The notes under the pieces were generated by a model. The model was given only the letters and a program-made list of their open reading frames with translations. It did no database searches and had not been told where the DNA came from. A stretch of DNA of 59,956 nt, filler included, from Fonticula-like sp. SCN 57-25 (taxonomy: Eukaryota): NCBI GenBank assembly GCA_001724245.1. It is 10 parts of 10 records of this genome, joined end to end, with 100 filler letters (N's around TTAATTAATTAA, not from the genome) between each part and the next. Parts side by side here need not be neighbours in the genome. Positions count along the whole stretch, not along the records: positions 29,685 to 35,512 come from MEDX01000515.1; positions 35,613 to 41,411 come from MEDX01000516.1; positions 41,512 to 47,273 come from MEDX01000517.1; 7 more parts are not named here. The stretch is one strand, 5' to 3'. Position 1 is the stretch's first letter. Each line of letters opens with the position of its first letter. The position numbers were made by a program, and so were the translations under genes. Positions 34,623 to 47,373 of the stretch are shown here, piece by piece.

Positions 34623-34671
34623 GCAAACTGATTCGAGTTTGCGCATTGCTTGGCGGGTTTTGGCGCCAAAA
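34623..34671. promoter_or_regulatory. GCAAACT-N6-AGTTTGC palindrome and E2F-like TTTTGGCGCCAAAA in the NTH1/UBR7 divergent promoter
   Basis: Sites at 34623-34642 and 34658-34671, just upstream of the UBR7 ATG at 34696. Confidence 0.5.
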
Positions 34672-34695
34672 CATCCCCACGCCCACCCAGCGACG

Positions 34696-35512
34696 ATGGG
34701 CGACGAGGAGACGGTAACCATTATCCAGGTGCAGGCGCGGCTCGCGGCGGAAGAGCTTGAGGCCCTCGACGTGTTCCCCGACGAGCCGGATGAGTGCTCC
34801 TGGCTGTCAGAGTCCAAGTCGCAGGCCATTTATGCGTGCGCGACCTGTACGCCCGAAGGCAATGCGGGGATCTGCTACTCGTGCTCGATCCGCTGCCACG
34901 CCGATCACGAGCTGTACGAGCTGTGGGACAAGCGCGACTTCAAGTGCGATTGCGGTAACGACAAGTTTGACCCCTCTTTCCAATGCGGGCTGATGCCCAA
35001 GAAGGGCGTCACCAATGCCGGCAACCGCTACAACCACAACTTTAGCGGCCGCTACTGCGTGTGCGACCAAAAGTACGACCCGGTCTCTGACACGGTCATG
35101 TTCAAGTGCCAGCTGTGCGAGGACTGGTTCCACAGCCAGTGCCTTCCTGGGCTGCTGCCCGTGGCGGCCTTCCGCGACCTGATTTGTGCAGGGTGCGTCG
35201 GGAAGCACTCTTTTCTGGGGCGCTACGGTGGGCGCCTACAGGAGCCCAACAAGGAGGAAAATGTCACAATTGACGAGTCGAGCACAGAGCCCGCCGCCAA
35301 GCGCGCACGCAGCGACGCGTGCCTTTTGTCAGCTGACCGTACGCCTCATGATCTGTTTTAGCGGACACTTGCTGACATTGTGCAGCGCCGACGACCGACC
35401 CGCTCTATCTGCCGGCAGGGTGGCGTTCCCAGCTCTGCCGCTGCGATGACTGCCGGCTAAAGTACGTGCGCGCCGAGCTGGACGAGATTCTGGACCTGAG
35501 CGCCGAGCCGGC
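34696..35512 (+). CDS. UBR7: UBR7/Mlo2-like UBR-box plus PHD E3 ligase, 3'-partial
   Basis: QAIYACATC...GICYSCSIRCHADHELYELWDKRDFKCDCG; NRYNHNFSGRYCVC; MFKCQLCEDWFH. Confidence 0.9.
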
Positions 35513-35684
35513 NNNNNNNNNNNNNNNNNNNNNNNNNNNNNNNNNNNNNNNNNNNNTTAATTAATTAANNNNNNNNNNNNNNNNNNNNNNNNNNNNNNNN
35601 NNNNNNNNNNNNTACAATGTCATACATAATAAATAAAGTACTGGCACCCCCCTTAGGATACAGAGACAAAAATTGGAAAATGGT

Positions 35685-37932
35685 TCAGGAATTGATGCGT
35701 TTGAGAGGAGTGCGCTCATGATGATTCGTTTCGACAGGTATCTCGGTGACCAACTGCGCAGCGGGCAGGTTCATATGGCTCTTCCGGGACGAGAGAACAG
35801 CTGACCTATATCCCCATGCTGTCATTTGCTCCAGAATCCAGACGGAAACGAGCGCCACCGCTTCGTTAGCCTCGGGCGAAATGTCGAGAAGATTAAGGAA
35901 GCCGTGCCCGAGCCCAGGGCGGACAGAAACAATTGTATCAGGATGATTCACTTTTTCCAACCGCCTCGCAAAGAGAACCGAATCGTCCAGAAGGGGGTCA
36001 AATTGACCGAGCAGCAGCCTAGTGGTCGGGAACTGTGCAAGGGCTTCATCCGACGCAAAGGCAGGGCTCATGTAGGCGTCCTTGGCGTCGGCATTCCCTA
36101 CAGTGTAGTACATGTTGAGAATATTGAGGAGCATGCTGACGTTGAGCATAGGATCAATCGTGCTCAGCAGGCGCGCGCAGGAGGGCTCCTTGGCAATCAC
36201 GAGCGCGGGGTACGCCATGATGACCATGTCAGGGCGGCGGAAGCCCTCTGCCATGGCGCGCAGAGTGAGGCCAGCTACGAGATTGCCGCCGGCGCTGTCG
36301 CCGATCAGAATGATGCGCTCGGCAAGCGAGCCCACACGCATCGCATTCTTGACAGCCCACCGATACGCCTGCCAGCACTCCTCCAGCTGCACCGGGTAGG
36401 CGTACTCGGGAGCCAGCCTATAATCAATGGACATCACCGGAATACCAGTGTCGAGCGCCCACTTGCGCATGTAGGCTGTGTGCGAAAACGATGTCATGGC
36501 AACAAAGCCGCCGCCGTGAACGTGGATGATGAGCGCAGGGCAGGGCTCGGGAAGCAGAGGGTACCGCAGGGTAAAATCACCATCTACATGCCGTTAATAA
36601 AATAATAAAGGGCAGCAGCGAGCGTACAAAGGCCACCGACTAAACGCTCCTCTGCCGCCATCGACACAGCATCGTTCTTGACAAAAATGCGGGTGTCCAA
36701 GAAGGGACGCTCGTCGCCTGAAAAAGGAAGATACCCAGACGACACAAGCCGAGCTCGCACAAAGGGATGGTTGGACGCGTAATCGGCGGGCAAATCACGC
36801 ATAACAAGTCCGGGATCAACCAGACGAGGCGGGCATGACGGCTACACGAGCAGTCTGTTAGCATACTTGATATGCCGCAGCAAAAGACGCGTACATCAGA
36901 GTAGAAAGCGCTGTTCGGAACTTCAGGTGTTGCCGGAATAGAAAAGAGCTTGTCCATGTGGATACTGTGCACCATAACCGAAAACATGCTCTTAATTCCA
37001 GGCGACTCGGGCAGGTTCCACAAAAATTTCACCAATTGAAAGTCAAACTTGGAATCAGAAAGATACTCGGCCGTCTTCTTCGCAGCAGCGCCATAATTAA
37101 ACGTATAAATGACGTTCCAGAAACCAAAAGAGATCGCCTTCATGAACGCCGATTTGTACGTGAAAGAGCGTGCAGCCGCAGCGGTTGCGTGAATAATCAG
37201 CCTGTTAAACAAGGTAAGACGCGGGGACGTGTGCGTTCCAGGCAGAGCAAAAAAGGGAGCTGGGTCGAAAAGCGACGCAAAATGAGTCCAGTTTGCGAGG
37301 GTGGGCGCGGAAGCCAGCTCGGTTTCGTTGGGGAACGGCGAGAGGTGACCATGCACGTCAACAGCCTGGTGAATTTCCACTGCAAGGCGCAACAGGTCAG
37401 TGAGCCCCGTGGCCTTGCGGCCCTCTTTCTGAATGTGCCGGCGCAATGAGTTGGCCGAGAAAATGCCACAGGACGGCGACTGCAGCTCGAGCATGCCTTC
37501 CTTGAGGTGGTTCAACCATGTTTGGTGGACATGAACAATGCTTTGAAAACCGGGCGACACATGCATCATCGCAGCATCTTCCCCAACCACGGAACGAATG
37601 AGATCCAGCTGCTCGCCAAGCTGCGTTTCAATGGCTCGCAGCTTGTGGTGCCACACGGGACGCGGTGTCAAGGAGGACAAATCCTCAGCAACCAACTCGC
37701 GAAGCATCTCGAGGTCCGTCAAAGTGTCTGATACGAGCTTGCGGCCATTCGCACTTGACGGAAGTCCGTACAGACGCCGCACAGGCACCTTGGTCTTGCC
37801 TCGCAAAAGGATAACGGCGTCACCAGTGCCCAAAGCCGCCAGAGCCTGGACGGCGGGGCCTACGCGATCGCTAGCATCAAAAGTCTGGTACTCGCGATCA
37901 TCGGGACCCCCCGGGACCAAAACACTACTCAT
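35685..37932 (-). CDS. Hormone-sensitive lipase-like protein (long N-terminal domain plus GDXG lipase), multi-exon
   Basis: HVHGGGFV, IDYRLAPE, GDSAGGNL, DPLLDDSV, HGFLN; N-terminal KFLWNLPE segment. Confidence 0.85.
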
Positions 37933-38473
37933 TGCGGAGGGACTACGTCTGCGGAACAACTCGCTTCCCTTTCTTAGCAGAAGCGTATGACCGAGCCGTA
38001 GACAGCGAAAAATCGTGCTCCCAACAACGACGATCCCGCCTCTCCCGCAGGAACGTCACCCACGACCACGTGGTTGGATGACCCTGCTTTGAAGGTACAG
38101 GGGAGACAACGCAAACAAATAAAAGGAAATTCAACGCGTTTGTGTTTGTCTGCGGCCATACACACGTGAACGTATTCGTACCCGTTTCGCTCACGAAAAT
38201 CAAGCGCGTGCTGGTCGAGTCAGTACAGCGGAGGGTGACCACGCCGGAATACTCGATGCTGCAGGCAATTTTCTTTTTGTTTCTCGGCAGAACGTGGTCT
38301 TATAACGAGCAGCTGCAACTGTGACGATACTCTTTGCATAATTGTTGTGTCGTCTATTCAGCAAAAGCGAGCATCATAAATGCCAGTATGGATACACATT
38401 TCCAAAAAATTGACCAGAAAGAGAAAGCGGCAAACAATGTACAGTACACACATTAAATAAATTAGAAGGCCTA

Positions 38474-39720
38474 CTAAACCTTATTGCAACAGGACTTCAC
38501 CATGCCAACGTGCTCCTCTGACATTTCGCTCAAGATCTTGTAAAAAAAGGTAGAAATTCGTTTGCTGTCCCAGTTTCGCACCCTGGCCAGGACTGCTGCT
38601 ACCAATTTTTGCATTTGAATCCCCTCCAGGTCAACCTTGCGGTTTGTTTTCTTGGCCATGGCGATGACAAAGCAAAAGTCGCAGACGCGCACAGGATCAT
38701 TGAATCCAAGCCGAGGGAGCTCAATCTCATTGTCGCTGCAGTCGGCGCAAAACAGTCTCCCACACGAGCGGCAATGATGTTGGCGCGAAAAGAAGGAGAA
38801 CTGGGAGCCGCATTGGACGCAGGAATCAAACGCGTCATCGGGCACAAACGTAAGCGAAAAACGAGATTGCAGGCTCAAAGCGTCGACCTTTGACAAAATT
38901 GCTTCTTCCTTATCAAAAAGCGCCTCCTCTAGTTTGCGTTCGCACTCAGCCAAAACAATACTCTTGTTATTATGGCTGTCGCGAAGCACCGCCAGCTCAC
39001 CAAGGCAAACCGTCAACTTTTTGTTGAGCAGCTCGGTGGCCGAACCGGCAAACCGATGACCAACAGAAACGTCAACAGAAGGCAAGCTCTTGAGATCTTC
39101 GCGCGTCGACGCCGAAAGAAGAGTGTCCGCTGACGGCGGCGGAGCTATGATGGTGGGCGTCGAGCTGGCACGAAGTTGCGAAAGCCGCGTAAAAGGAGCA
39201 CGGTGAGATCCTGAAGATGAAGAGGACGACGCTAATGCAGGTTCTTTTGGCTGAGAGGCGACTGCAACCTTGAGCAGGTCCTTGAGGCGAGTAACCTCTG
39301 AATCTAGACCGGAAACGCGTACGGCGGATTCGGACACCCGACGGTCTAGTTCAGCACGCAGCGCTTCTGACTTTTTCAATTCGCTGATGAGACGAGCGTT
39401 CTCATTCTCAAGGTGCTGCAAGCGAACAGCGGCGCCCTGCAAAGATAGCGCAACATCTGAAGGTGTTTTGGCTTCAGTCGGTGTGGGGTTGGCTGACGAT
39501 GCTGCGCGGCAACGTCAGCAATACAACTTGGTCAGCAGACAAGCAATGGTCATGTCGCACCGGAATCAAAAGAAGAGATACTCGTGCCGTTGGCCGTCAT
39601 GCTCGCCGTACTGTGGGCCGAGAAACTGCTGCTGGTGCTGTTTGGCGATCCATTCGGATCAACAGGCAATGGCAAATCCCGCGTCCCCGAAGTTGCCGGA
39701 TTCGAGACGAGAGCGTCCAT
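38474..39720 (-). CDS. Coiled-coil plus FYVE domain protein, 2 exons
   Basis: FVPD...CVQCGSQFSFFSRQHHCRSCGRLFCADCS...RVCDFC; upstream exon from ATG 39720 ends in a GTGCGA donor. Confidence 0.85.
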
Positions 39721-39932
39721 TCGAGAAAAGCAGCAAGACCGTCTCTCGCGGGTCCTCTAACGACTATCTCACCCACGATATATTATGAAACCCCCTTGAA
39801 GCGATCACCCTGATCCTGACGACGTGGGCTCCGCAGCAACCCCACCCAGGCGGTGTTGGTGTTGTGGTCCGGGAAGTAGTGACGACAACGTGACAGTTTG
39901 CAGTTTGCCACTTGATTTGCAGTTTGCGACTC

Positions 39933-41411
39933 ATGGCACGCGGTGGTCGAGGCGGCCGCGGAGGCGGCAGGAAGGGTCGTGGAGGCGGCGATGGCCCACT
40001 TTCGCGCCGCGACCTTCAAGAATTGAAAGACTATGGTTATCTCCCACGCAGGGTTGAAACTGATGAGGTGATGAAGTCGGAGAAGCCGGTGCGCGTCATC
40101 GACGAGACTGATGAGGCGCGCTCTCTCGAGGCCAAGCGTGGCAAGAAGCGCCTGCGCCACGGTCGTGAAGTAAAGAGCACGGAGAGCGCTGAGGCTAATG
40201 TTGAAGTAGAGGAGGAGGACGGGGGTGATTGGGAAGCGCCGTCTGCATTCTCACAGCTGCTGAGCTCACTTCGCAAGGCGCCGGCGTCGTCATCATCGGA
40301 CGAACCTGCCAAAGGAAAGAAGAGCAAGAAGGAGCGTCTTAGAGACGAATCTGTCGACGAGGACACGGAGGCTGATGATGCGGATCACCGGCCGCCGACT
40401 CTCGAGTCTCACTCGGCGGTGACAGACATGGACGCAGAGCCCGACAATGACGACGATGACGATGCTGACCAGGCCGGCGACAGTGAGGATGAGGCGGCTG
40501 CCAGCGACGGCAACGCCGAAGCAGAGGACGGTCAGGATAAGGAAGACGTTGATTTGTATGATGTGCATTTTGGTGAAGATACGGCCGACGAGATTGCAAT
40601 GGTCCACGAGCTACACGGCGTGGAGTCTGGAAGCAGCGGATGGCCAAGCCGCACGCTCTCGCACCCCGTGCTTGGCACCCTTACGGTGACGGACCCTGCC
40701 GATGCCGACGACGCCAACGACTACACTTCCCTTTCCTATGACGCCAAAAAGCCGCCAAGCGCCCAGTCTGTGTTGCAGGATCTTGCGTTTAAAGTGCGTG
40801 TTTGCGAGCGCCAAGCGTCCGCGCCCGCCTTCTCAGCCCTCGAGTACACAATGCTCAATGTGCTGAGCGAGTACCAAGACATTCTGTTTAATCATCGGAC
40901 TCAAAAGAACGCTGCTCAGCTTCAGCGCGCCGTCTCTCTTCACATCGTCAATCACGTACTCAAAACACGCGACCGCGTCTTGAAGAATGCGTCTCGCCTG
41001 CAGGTCTTGGCTCAGCAGGGCGGCTCGCCCACAGAGTTCCGCGACCAGGGCTTTACTCGTCCCCGCGTCCTCATTTTGACACCATTTAGGCACACTGCCT
41101 TGTCACATGTTATGTCGCTCATCAACAACGGCCCGTCAGGGCTGAATGTGGAGAACCGCAAGCGCTTCATGACCGCGTTTGGCCCGCCGGAGGAATCCGC
41201 CGCGCCTGTGACCTCCAAGCCCAGTGATTGGCATGAGCTGTTTGACGGCAATGCGGACGACTGCTTCCGCGTCGGCCTCAAGTGGACGCGTCGTACCGTT
41301 AAGCTGTTCAGCGACTTTTACTCTTCCGACGTGCTTGTGTGCTCTCCGCTGGGCCTCCGTCTTATTGTGGGCGCCGAAGGTGATGATGAAAAGCTCCGCG
41401 ACTATGACTTT
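39933..41411 (+). CDS. UTP25: U3 snoRNA-associated protein 25, 3'-partial
   Basis: HIVNHVLKTRDRVLKN, EFRDQGFTRPRVLILTPFR, DDCFRVGLK, FYSSDVLVCSPLGLR. Confidence 0.92.
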
Positions 41412-41516
41412 NNNNNNNNNNNNNNNNNNNNNNNNNNNNNNNNNNNNNNNNNNNNTTAATTAATTAANNNNNNNNNNNNNNNNNNNNNNNNNNNNNNNNN
41501 NNNNNNNNNNNAGCGT

Positions 41517-44500
41517 CTAGCGCGTCTTGCGAGTGGCGCGCCCCGATGACGTGTATGAGACGACCGGCGACGGCGGCTTGGGCGTCGCCTTCTTGCTGTC
41601 GCCCGCCTTGGTCTGCCGGGACGACGACCTCCTCCTGGCGGCAGCGTTGCCCTCGCTGTCGTCCGACCCCTCGTCGTCCGACGCAGCCGACGCGTCCTCG
41701 TCCGACTCGCGCGCCTTCTTTGCGGGCGACGACACGGCAGAGCCGCGGCCCGAGCGCCTGCTCGGCGTGGCGGGCTCCTCCTCGGCCTCCTCCTCCTCCT
41801 CTACCGGCTTGCGCTTGCGGGAAGACGACGCGGGCGCCTCGACGCGGCGCGACTTGGAGCTCGCGGGCGTGCTCGGCGCCTCCTGCCCGCGCTTGGGCGT
41901 CGACGTGCGGGACGGCGTGGACGCGCGGCTCGCGGCGGGCGAGGCGGCGGCGCGCGACGCAACGGGGGCGGCGGGCCGCGCGGCCTTCTTGCGCTCCTTT
42001 TCCAGCTCGCGCTCAGCGTCCTCAATCTCCTTGTTCTCCTTCTCTATTAGGCCAATAAGGACCTTGCAGCGGCGTTGCAGTTCCTTTTTTCCAACATGTT
42101 AGCCATGCGAGCAGACACGAAAGGAAAAGGGCGTACAAGGCTGGTGCGCGACTTGATGAACCAGTCAAAGCGGAACAACGGGCTCTCGCGGAACTGCTTC
42201 CGGATCTTGTCGTACACGTCGTCCTCGCTGTACCCGAGCTTCTCGAGCGCGACAATCTAGAGACGCGTCAGGCACACGCTCACACTCACGCGCGATAATT
42301 CGTACCATGAAGCGGTCCTCTTCCTCGGTGTAGTTCTTACCCTTGCTCTGGTTGTACACGATCTGGAGCTGCTGGGCGGGGTTCTTGTACCGCGCGACCT
42401 TGGCGCTCAGCTGTTCCTGGATCACGTCGTTCCTCTGAAGGCGGCCCTCGCCGCGCTCAATCGTAGACACAATGCGCTCGGCATCGGCAAGCTCGCCGTG
42501 GCGCTTCCAGAACACGGCCGAGTACTGCTCCACCTCCTTTTGCGTCTTGCCCTCAATGTCGGCGGCAATCGCGGCGAGGTTTTGGCTACGCGCGGGTCAA
42601 TATCAGTACAGGAAAGGCGGCAGCCAAGCAGCGTACCGGCCGTAGCGCTCGCAGCCGCGCACAAACGCGTTAAAGTCGCGGCGCGACCAGTCGCTGAAGC
42701 CCTTGGTGAGGAGCGTCTCCTTCTCGGCAATCTCGTCTTCCGTGAGCGGCTCCGATTCGTCGATGCGGGCCTGCTCTTCCTTGGCCTGCTCGTCGGTCTC
42801 GGGGACGCGGTAGCCAATCGATTTCTAAAGAGCCGCGTCGTCAGTACCGCAATGCAAAACAAACAAAAACAAAAATACCCTAAAGTTCAGGATTTCCTGC
42901 TCCTGGAGCTCGAGCAGACGCTTGGGGAAGAACTGAAAGTCGGCGCACTGCGCCTGCTTGGGCGGGCGCGGGGCGCGCGGGGCCGACGGGCCGCGGGCCG
43001 GGTGAAGCGCGCCGCGGTAATAGTCATCAATGTTGTACCCGACGGTGGCCTTGCGCTCGCGCTTGGACGGCTCGATCCACGCCATTCCGATGCCCGAGCC
43101 GTGCTTCTCGCGGTAGTCTTCGCCCTCCCACTCGTACACGCTGGTGCTGCCGGCGCCGCCGTCAAGCGAAAAGCTTTGGAGCACGTCGAGGCCCGCCTCC
43201 TTGAGCTTGTCGTTGAGGTCGCGCGTCTTCTCCTCGCCCTTTTTGAGGACAGCCTCAATGTCGAGGTCTGCCAGGTTGAGCACATTGTCCTTGCTCTGCA
43301 GAATGGCCTGCGCGCCGTGCTGGATCATGTTGAGCAGCTCGTCCTTGGTGGCAGCGCGCTGCTGCTCGGCGAGGCGGCCCTGCTGGATGACGATCTTGTC
43401 GAGGCGCAGCTTGATTTCGGCGCGCTCAATCATCTTCTCCTCGACCGACTGCTCCGTCACAAAGCGGAACACGCGGACCTGCTTCTTCTGGCCGATACGG
43501 TGAGCGCGGTCCATGGCCTGCAGATCGGCCTGGGGGTTCCAGTCGCTGTCGTAGAGAACGACCGTGTCCGCGGTGGCGAGGTTGATGCCGAGGCCGCCAG
43601 CGCGCGTCGTAAGCAAAAATATAAACTTGTCCGAGTTGGGCGCGTTGTATTGATCGATGCCCATCTGGCGGCTCTCGTGGTCCGTCTGGCCGTCAATGCG
43701 GCAGTAGCCGTACCCGCGGAACTGGCAGTAGTCCTCGAGGATGTCGAGCATGCGGCTCATCTGGCTGAAAAGAAGCACGCGAGAGCCGGCCTGGTGAAGG
43801 TGGCGCAGGAGCTTGTCCAGCACCATCATCTTGCCGCAGCTGTCGATGAGATGAATGTCGGTCGTGTACGGCGGGCCCGGCTCGATACCGTCAAAGAGGT
43901 ACGGGTGGTTGCAGCACTTGCGCAGCTGCATCGCAATGTTCAGGAGGCGCGTCTTGGCCTCGCCCTTGCCGACCGCGCCGTTGATGGCGCCAATATCCTT
44001 CATCAGCAGCTTCTGGTAGAGGTCGCGCTGGAGGACGCTCATGCCAATGTAGAGCTTGGTCTCGATCTTTGGCAGCAGCGACTTTTCCACGTCCATCTTG
44101 AGACGACGAAGCAGGAAAGGCTTGAGAATCTTGTGCAGCTTCTGCACGGTCTGCTCCTTCGAGTCGTTGTTTTCAAACTTGAACCAAGCGTCAAAGTCCT
44201 CGGCGGAACCAAAGACGTCGGGCAGCAAAAAGTTGAGGAGCGCCCACAGCTCGTGCAGGTTGTTCTGCAGAGGCGTGCCGGTAACGAGCAGGCGGTTCTT
44301 GCTGGTCAGGATGCGAACAATGCGGGAGAGCAGCGAGTCCTCGTTCTTGATGCGGTGGGCCTCGTCAATGACAATGTACTGCCAGGCAAACTTTTTCAGC
44401 ACCGACTTTTCCAACATCACCATCTCGTAGGACGTGATGCAAACGTCAAAGTCGCCCGGAAGCAGCTTCTCATCGATGATCGACCGGCGGTCGTCCTTGC

Positions 44501-45339
44501 CGCCGTGGAGGACAAAGACGTTCATGGACGGGCACCACTTGGAAAACTCGTTGTGCCAGTTCTGCAGCGTCGTCTTGGGGGTGACGAGCAGATGCGGGCC
44601 GTTGACGGAGCGGTAGTGCTTGAGGTAGCCCAGGAAAGAAATGGTCTGGAGACTCTTGCCGAGACCCATTTCGTCGGCGAGGATGCCGTTGATGGCGTTC
44701 TCGTACAGCGAGATAAGCCAGTTAAGACCCTGCAGCTGGTACTCGCGCATTTCACCGTTAATGTAGGGCGGGGTGCTGGAGAACTGTGTGGTGACAGAAT
44801 TCGCGACTTCCTCCTCCTGGAGCATCTCATCGTCCTCTTCCTTCTCCGTCTTACGGTGGCGGCTCCGCTTCGGCGACGAGGGCTCCGGGATGCCAGCACT
44901 GCTCCCCTTGCGAGGCGAGCCCAAAACCTCATCCTCGTTGGCGGAAACAGCAGCCAGAAGCTGGTCGATGCCCTTGCGAGCGACGCCAGTCGTGGATGAC
45001 GACTCCAAAAAGTGGCGGAAAATGTCCGTTTGGCGAAGCAGGAAATTGATGCGCTTCGTGCGATCCTCCACGATCTGCTTCTGGACCACGTCGTTGGCGA
45101 CAGCGCGCTTCTGGTTGTGCTTGGCAAAGGCCTCGCGCTTGGTCGGGCTGGATGACTACAAGGTCAAATGCGTGTCAGCCTGGATCCGCACTTTTTGGCG
45201 CCAAATTGCAATCTCGGCCAACAGCGACACAAAAAATAACAGGAGACCAAAGACGTACCATATCGTCATCGCTCTCCACCTCGTCCGACGGCACGCTCTT
45301 CGGCGGCACTTTCACGCCATCTTCAGCGCCCGGCTGCAT
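41517..45339 (-). CDS. ISWI: ISWI-family chromatin remodelling ATPase, multi-exon
   Basis: [70 protein letters not shown] segments ([18 protein letters not shown]). Confidence 0.95.
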
Positions 45340-45616
45340 TTCACGAAACGACCAACGTGAGCATGCGGTCCACTCCTTCCCTCCACCGCAAAAAAGATGC
45401 GCACCTCGCCTAATCCCATAGGCGCCATTCTCTCCAAGACAACAGGGAAAAGGTCGGTGTCTCGACGCTCGGCACAGAGTAGGTAGCAAAAAGATACCTC
45501 TTTGGCTGCGACGACAAGACCACTTTTTCCGTGCTTCGCACGTCGACACCAAACGCGCGCGCGCTTTTGAGAGACGAATTATCGAAGCGCCAAACTAAAA
45601 AAAATCAAAAATATAA

Positions 45617-45688
45617 GGGGTCAACCGGGAATCGAACCCAGAACCTCTCGCACCCGAAGCGAGAATCATACCACTAGACCATTAACCC
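45617..45688 (-). tRNA. tRNA-Pro (anticodon CGG)
   Basis: GGGTTAATGGTCTAGTGGTATGATTCTCGCTTCGGGTGCGAGAGGTTCTGGGTTCGATTCCCGGTTGACCCC folds as a cloverleaf; a downstream oligo-T run fits a Pol III terminator. Confidence 0.95.
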
Positions 45689-46235
45689 ACGGTACAGGAA
45701 AGAGGCATTTCTATCAATTATGAACCCATCACAGATACAAAATTTTGAGGCTCGTTGATTGGTCCATAAATCAATATGGTGACTCATTTTTGTGATTGAT
45801 TTATCACTCTTTTGTTATATTTTGCAGTTTATAAGGGTCATAGAATGCAAAGGTATAGTTCTATCAATACATCTGCAACAAGTACACTTTATTTTATGGT
45901 ATTTTTGATTCCATCTGTCGTTCGCCCCTCCGATTTTTCTTATTCAACTATTTACTCGTTCAATGCAATGCTCATGGCAAAATCTATGTTCCAAGCTGAG
46001 AGTTTTGACAAACGGCGACTATTCAAAATTTCATTTTTCATAAAAACTATTGTTAAAGCAGTGTAACAGTATGATTTTCTGAGGATAATAGCAACATAAG
46101 GGCCAGAATCGATAAGCACGCATGGGCGAGTGCCTTCTCGCTCGTGGCCCTGCAGGCGTTCAAAGGTCGAGCCGAACGATGCTGCCGACGACAGGCGGTT
46201 GAAAGGCTGAAGCTGGCTCCACGTTGAGAGGCTCC

Positions 46236-46488
46236 TTACACAACCTCTCCGTGCTCGTTAAAGATGAAGAAATCAGGATCAACTGCGCGCTTACGGTCTT
46301 CAAACGCCAACAACGACGCAAGGCGCTGCTTGGCTAGTGCCTGCTCGAAGGTGCCCTCACCACGCGCAGCGCGCAAACGCGTAGCGTCGAGGTCGTCCAA
46401 GTAGGCCTCAAGCGAGTCGAACTCTGGAACGTCAACATCAGGCTCCGAAGCTACAAAGGTTTCCGCAACAATGCTTGAGACAGTCATC
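46236..46488 (-). CDS. Small hypothetical protein
   Basis: 83-aa ORF with protein-like composition; no family recognised. Confidence 0.35.
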
Positions 46489-46862
46489 AATCCACCCGAG
46501 AAGGAACAAGGTGCTTAGGGAGGAAGACTGATAACAAAGAACTCGAGGCGTCGGTGCTTGTCAAACGGAAAAGACGAAAGTGCGCACAGTGAGGCCACGG
46601 TCAGCATAGAAAAAAGTGAGCCAATTCGCACATCGAAGAGTGGCACCTTGCTGATTTGGTCAGCATTTGGTCAGCATTTGGTCAGCATTTGGTTGTTTCC
46701 TTCCGTGATGGTGACCACTAAAACGCACATCGCAGTCCTTTCATTGGCGACTCCCTCGCAAACGTCTCTCACACGCTATTGAATCATTACGTGCTCAGTC
46801 GTCATTTTATTTTCCTGTCTTTTTCTTTCCTCCTTGCTTCCAAGGAAAGAGGTGTCGTGGCG

Positions 46863-47273
46863 ATGGAGGTCAGACTCGACGACCTGGTCGAGGCTTTCGA
46901 TAATCTCAAAAATGCTTCATGTAACCCTAAGGGAATGGGTATTGCTTCCGACTCTGCCGCTACGTTGATGAAGGCCCTCGAACATCTTCTGTCGAGAAGT
47001 TCCCCTGCGTCGTCGTCGACAAACCCGTTGGAGAAAGCTGACGAGCAGTCTCCTAAACCAAAGGAGTCTATCACCCAGGACCCTCCCTCTTACGAGGACG
47101 CTGTGGGATGGGTGAAGCCGAAAGACGAAGAAGCTGCTGTCGATTTTCATTTCGAGTCGGCGCTGGACCATCCGCTCGCTCAGCATTATAGCAACTTGAA
47201 GGCGCTTTTGCAGGCAGCTCGAACGGCGGTGCTCCCGATGAGCGAGGCGTCGAAGAACTTTTGGAGTGTGATC
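46863..47273 (+). CDS. Hypothetical protein, 3'-partial
   Basis: MEVRLDDLVEAFDNLK...; contains a PPSY motif; open to the contig end. Confidence 0.55.
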
Positions 47274-47373
47274 NNNNNNNNNNNNNNNNNNNNNNNNNNN
47301 NNNNNNNNNNNNNNNNNTTAATTAATTAANNNNNNNNNNNNNNNNNNNNNNNNNNNNNNNNNNNNNNNNNNNN

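Noticed and set aside
42498..44999. 833-aa plus-strand ORF, and similar long ORFs at 15244-16395, 6590-7666 and 54295-55407
   Set aside because: These are antisense shadows of GC3-rich genes (ISWI, MPP-beta, mannosidase, methyltransferase) with no independent motifs.
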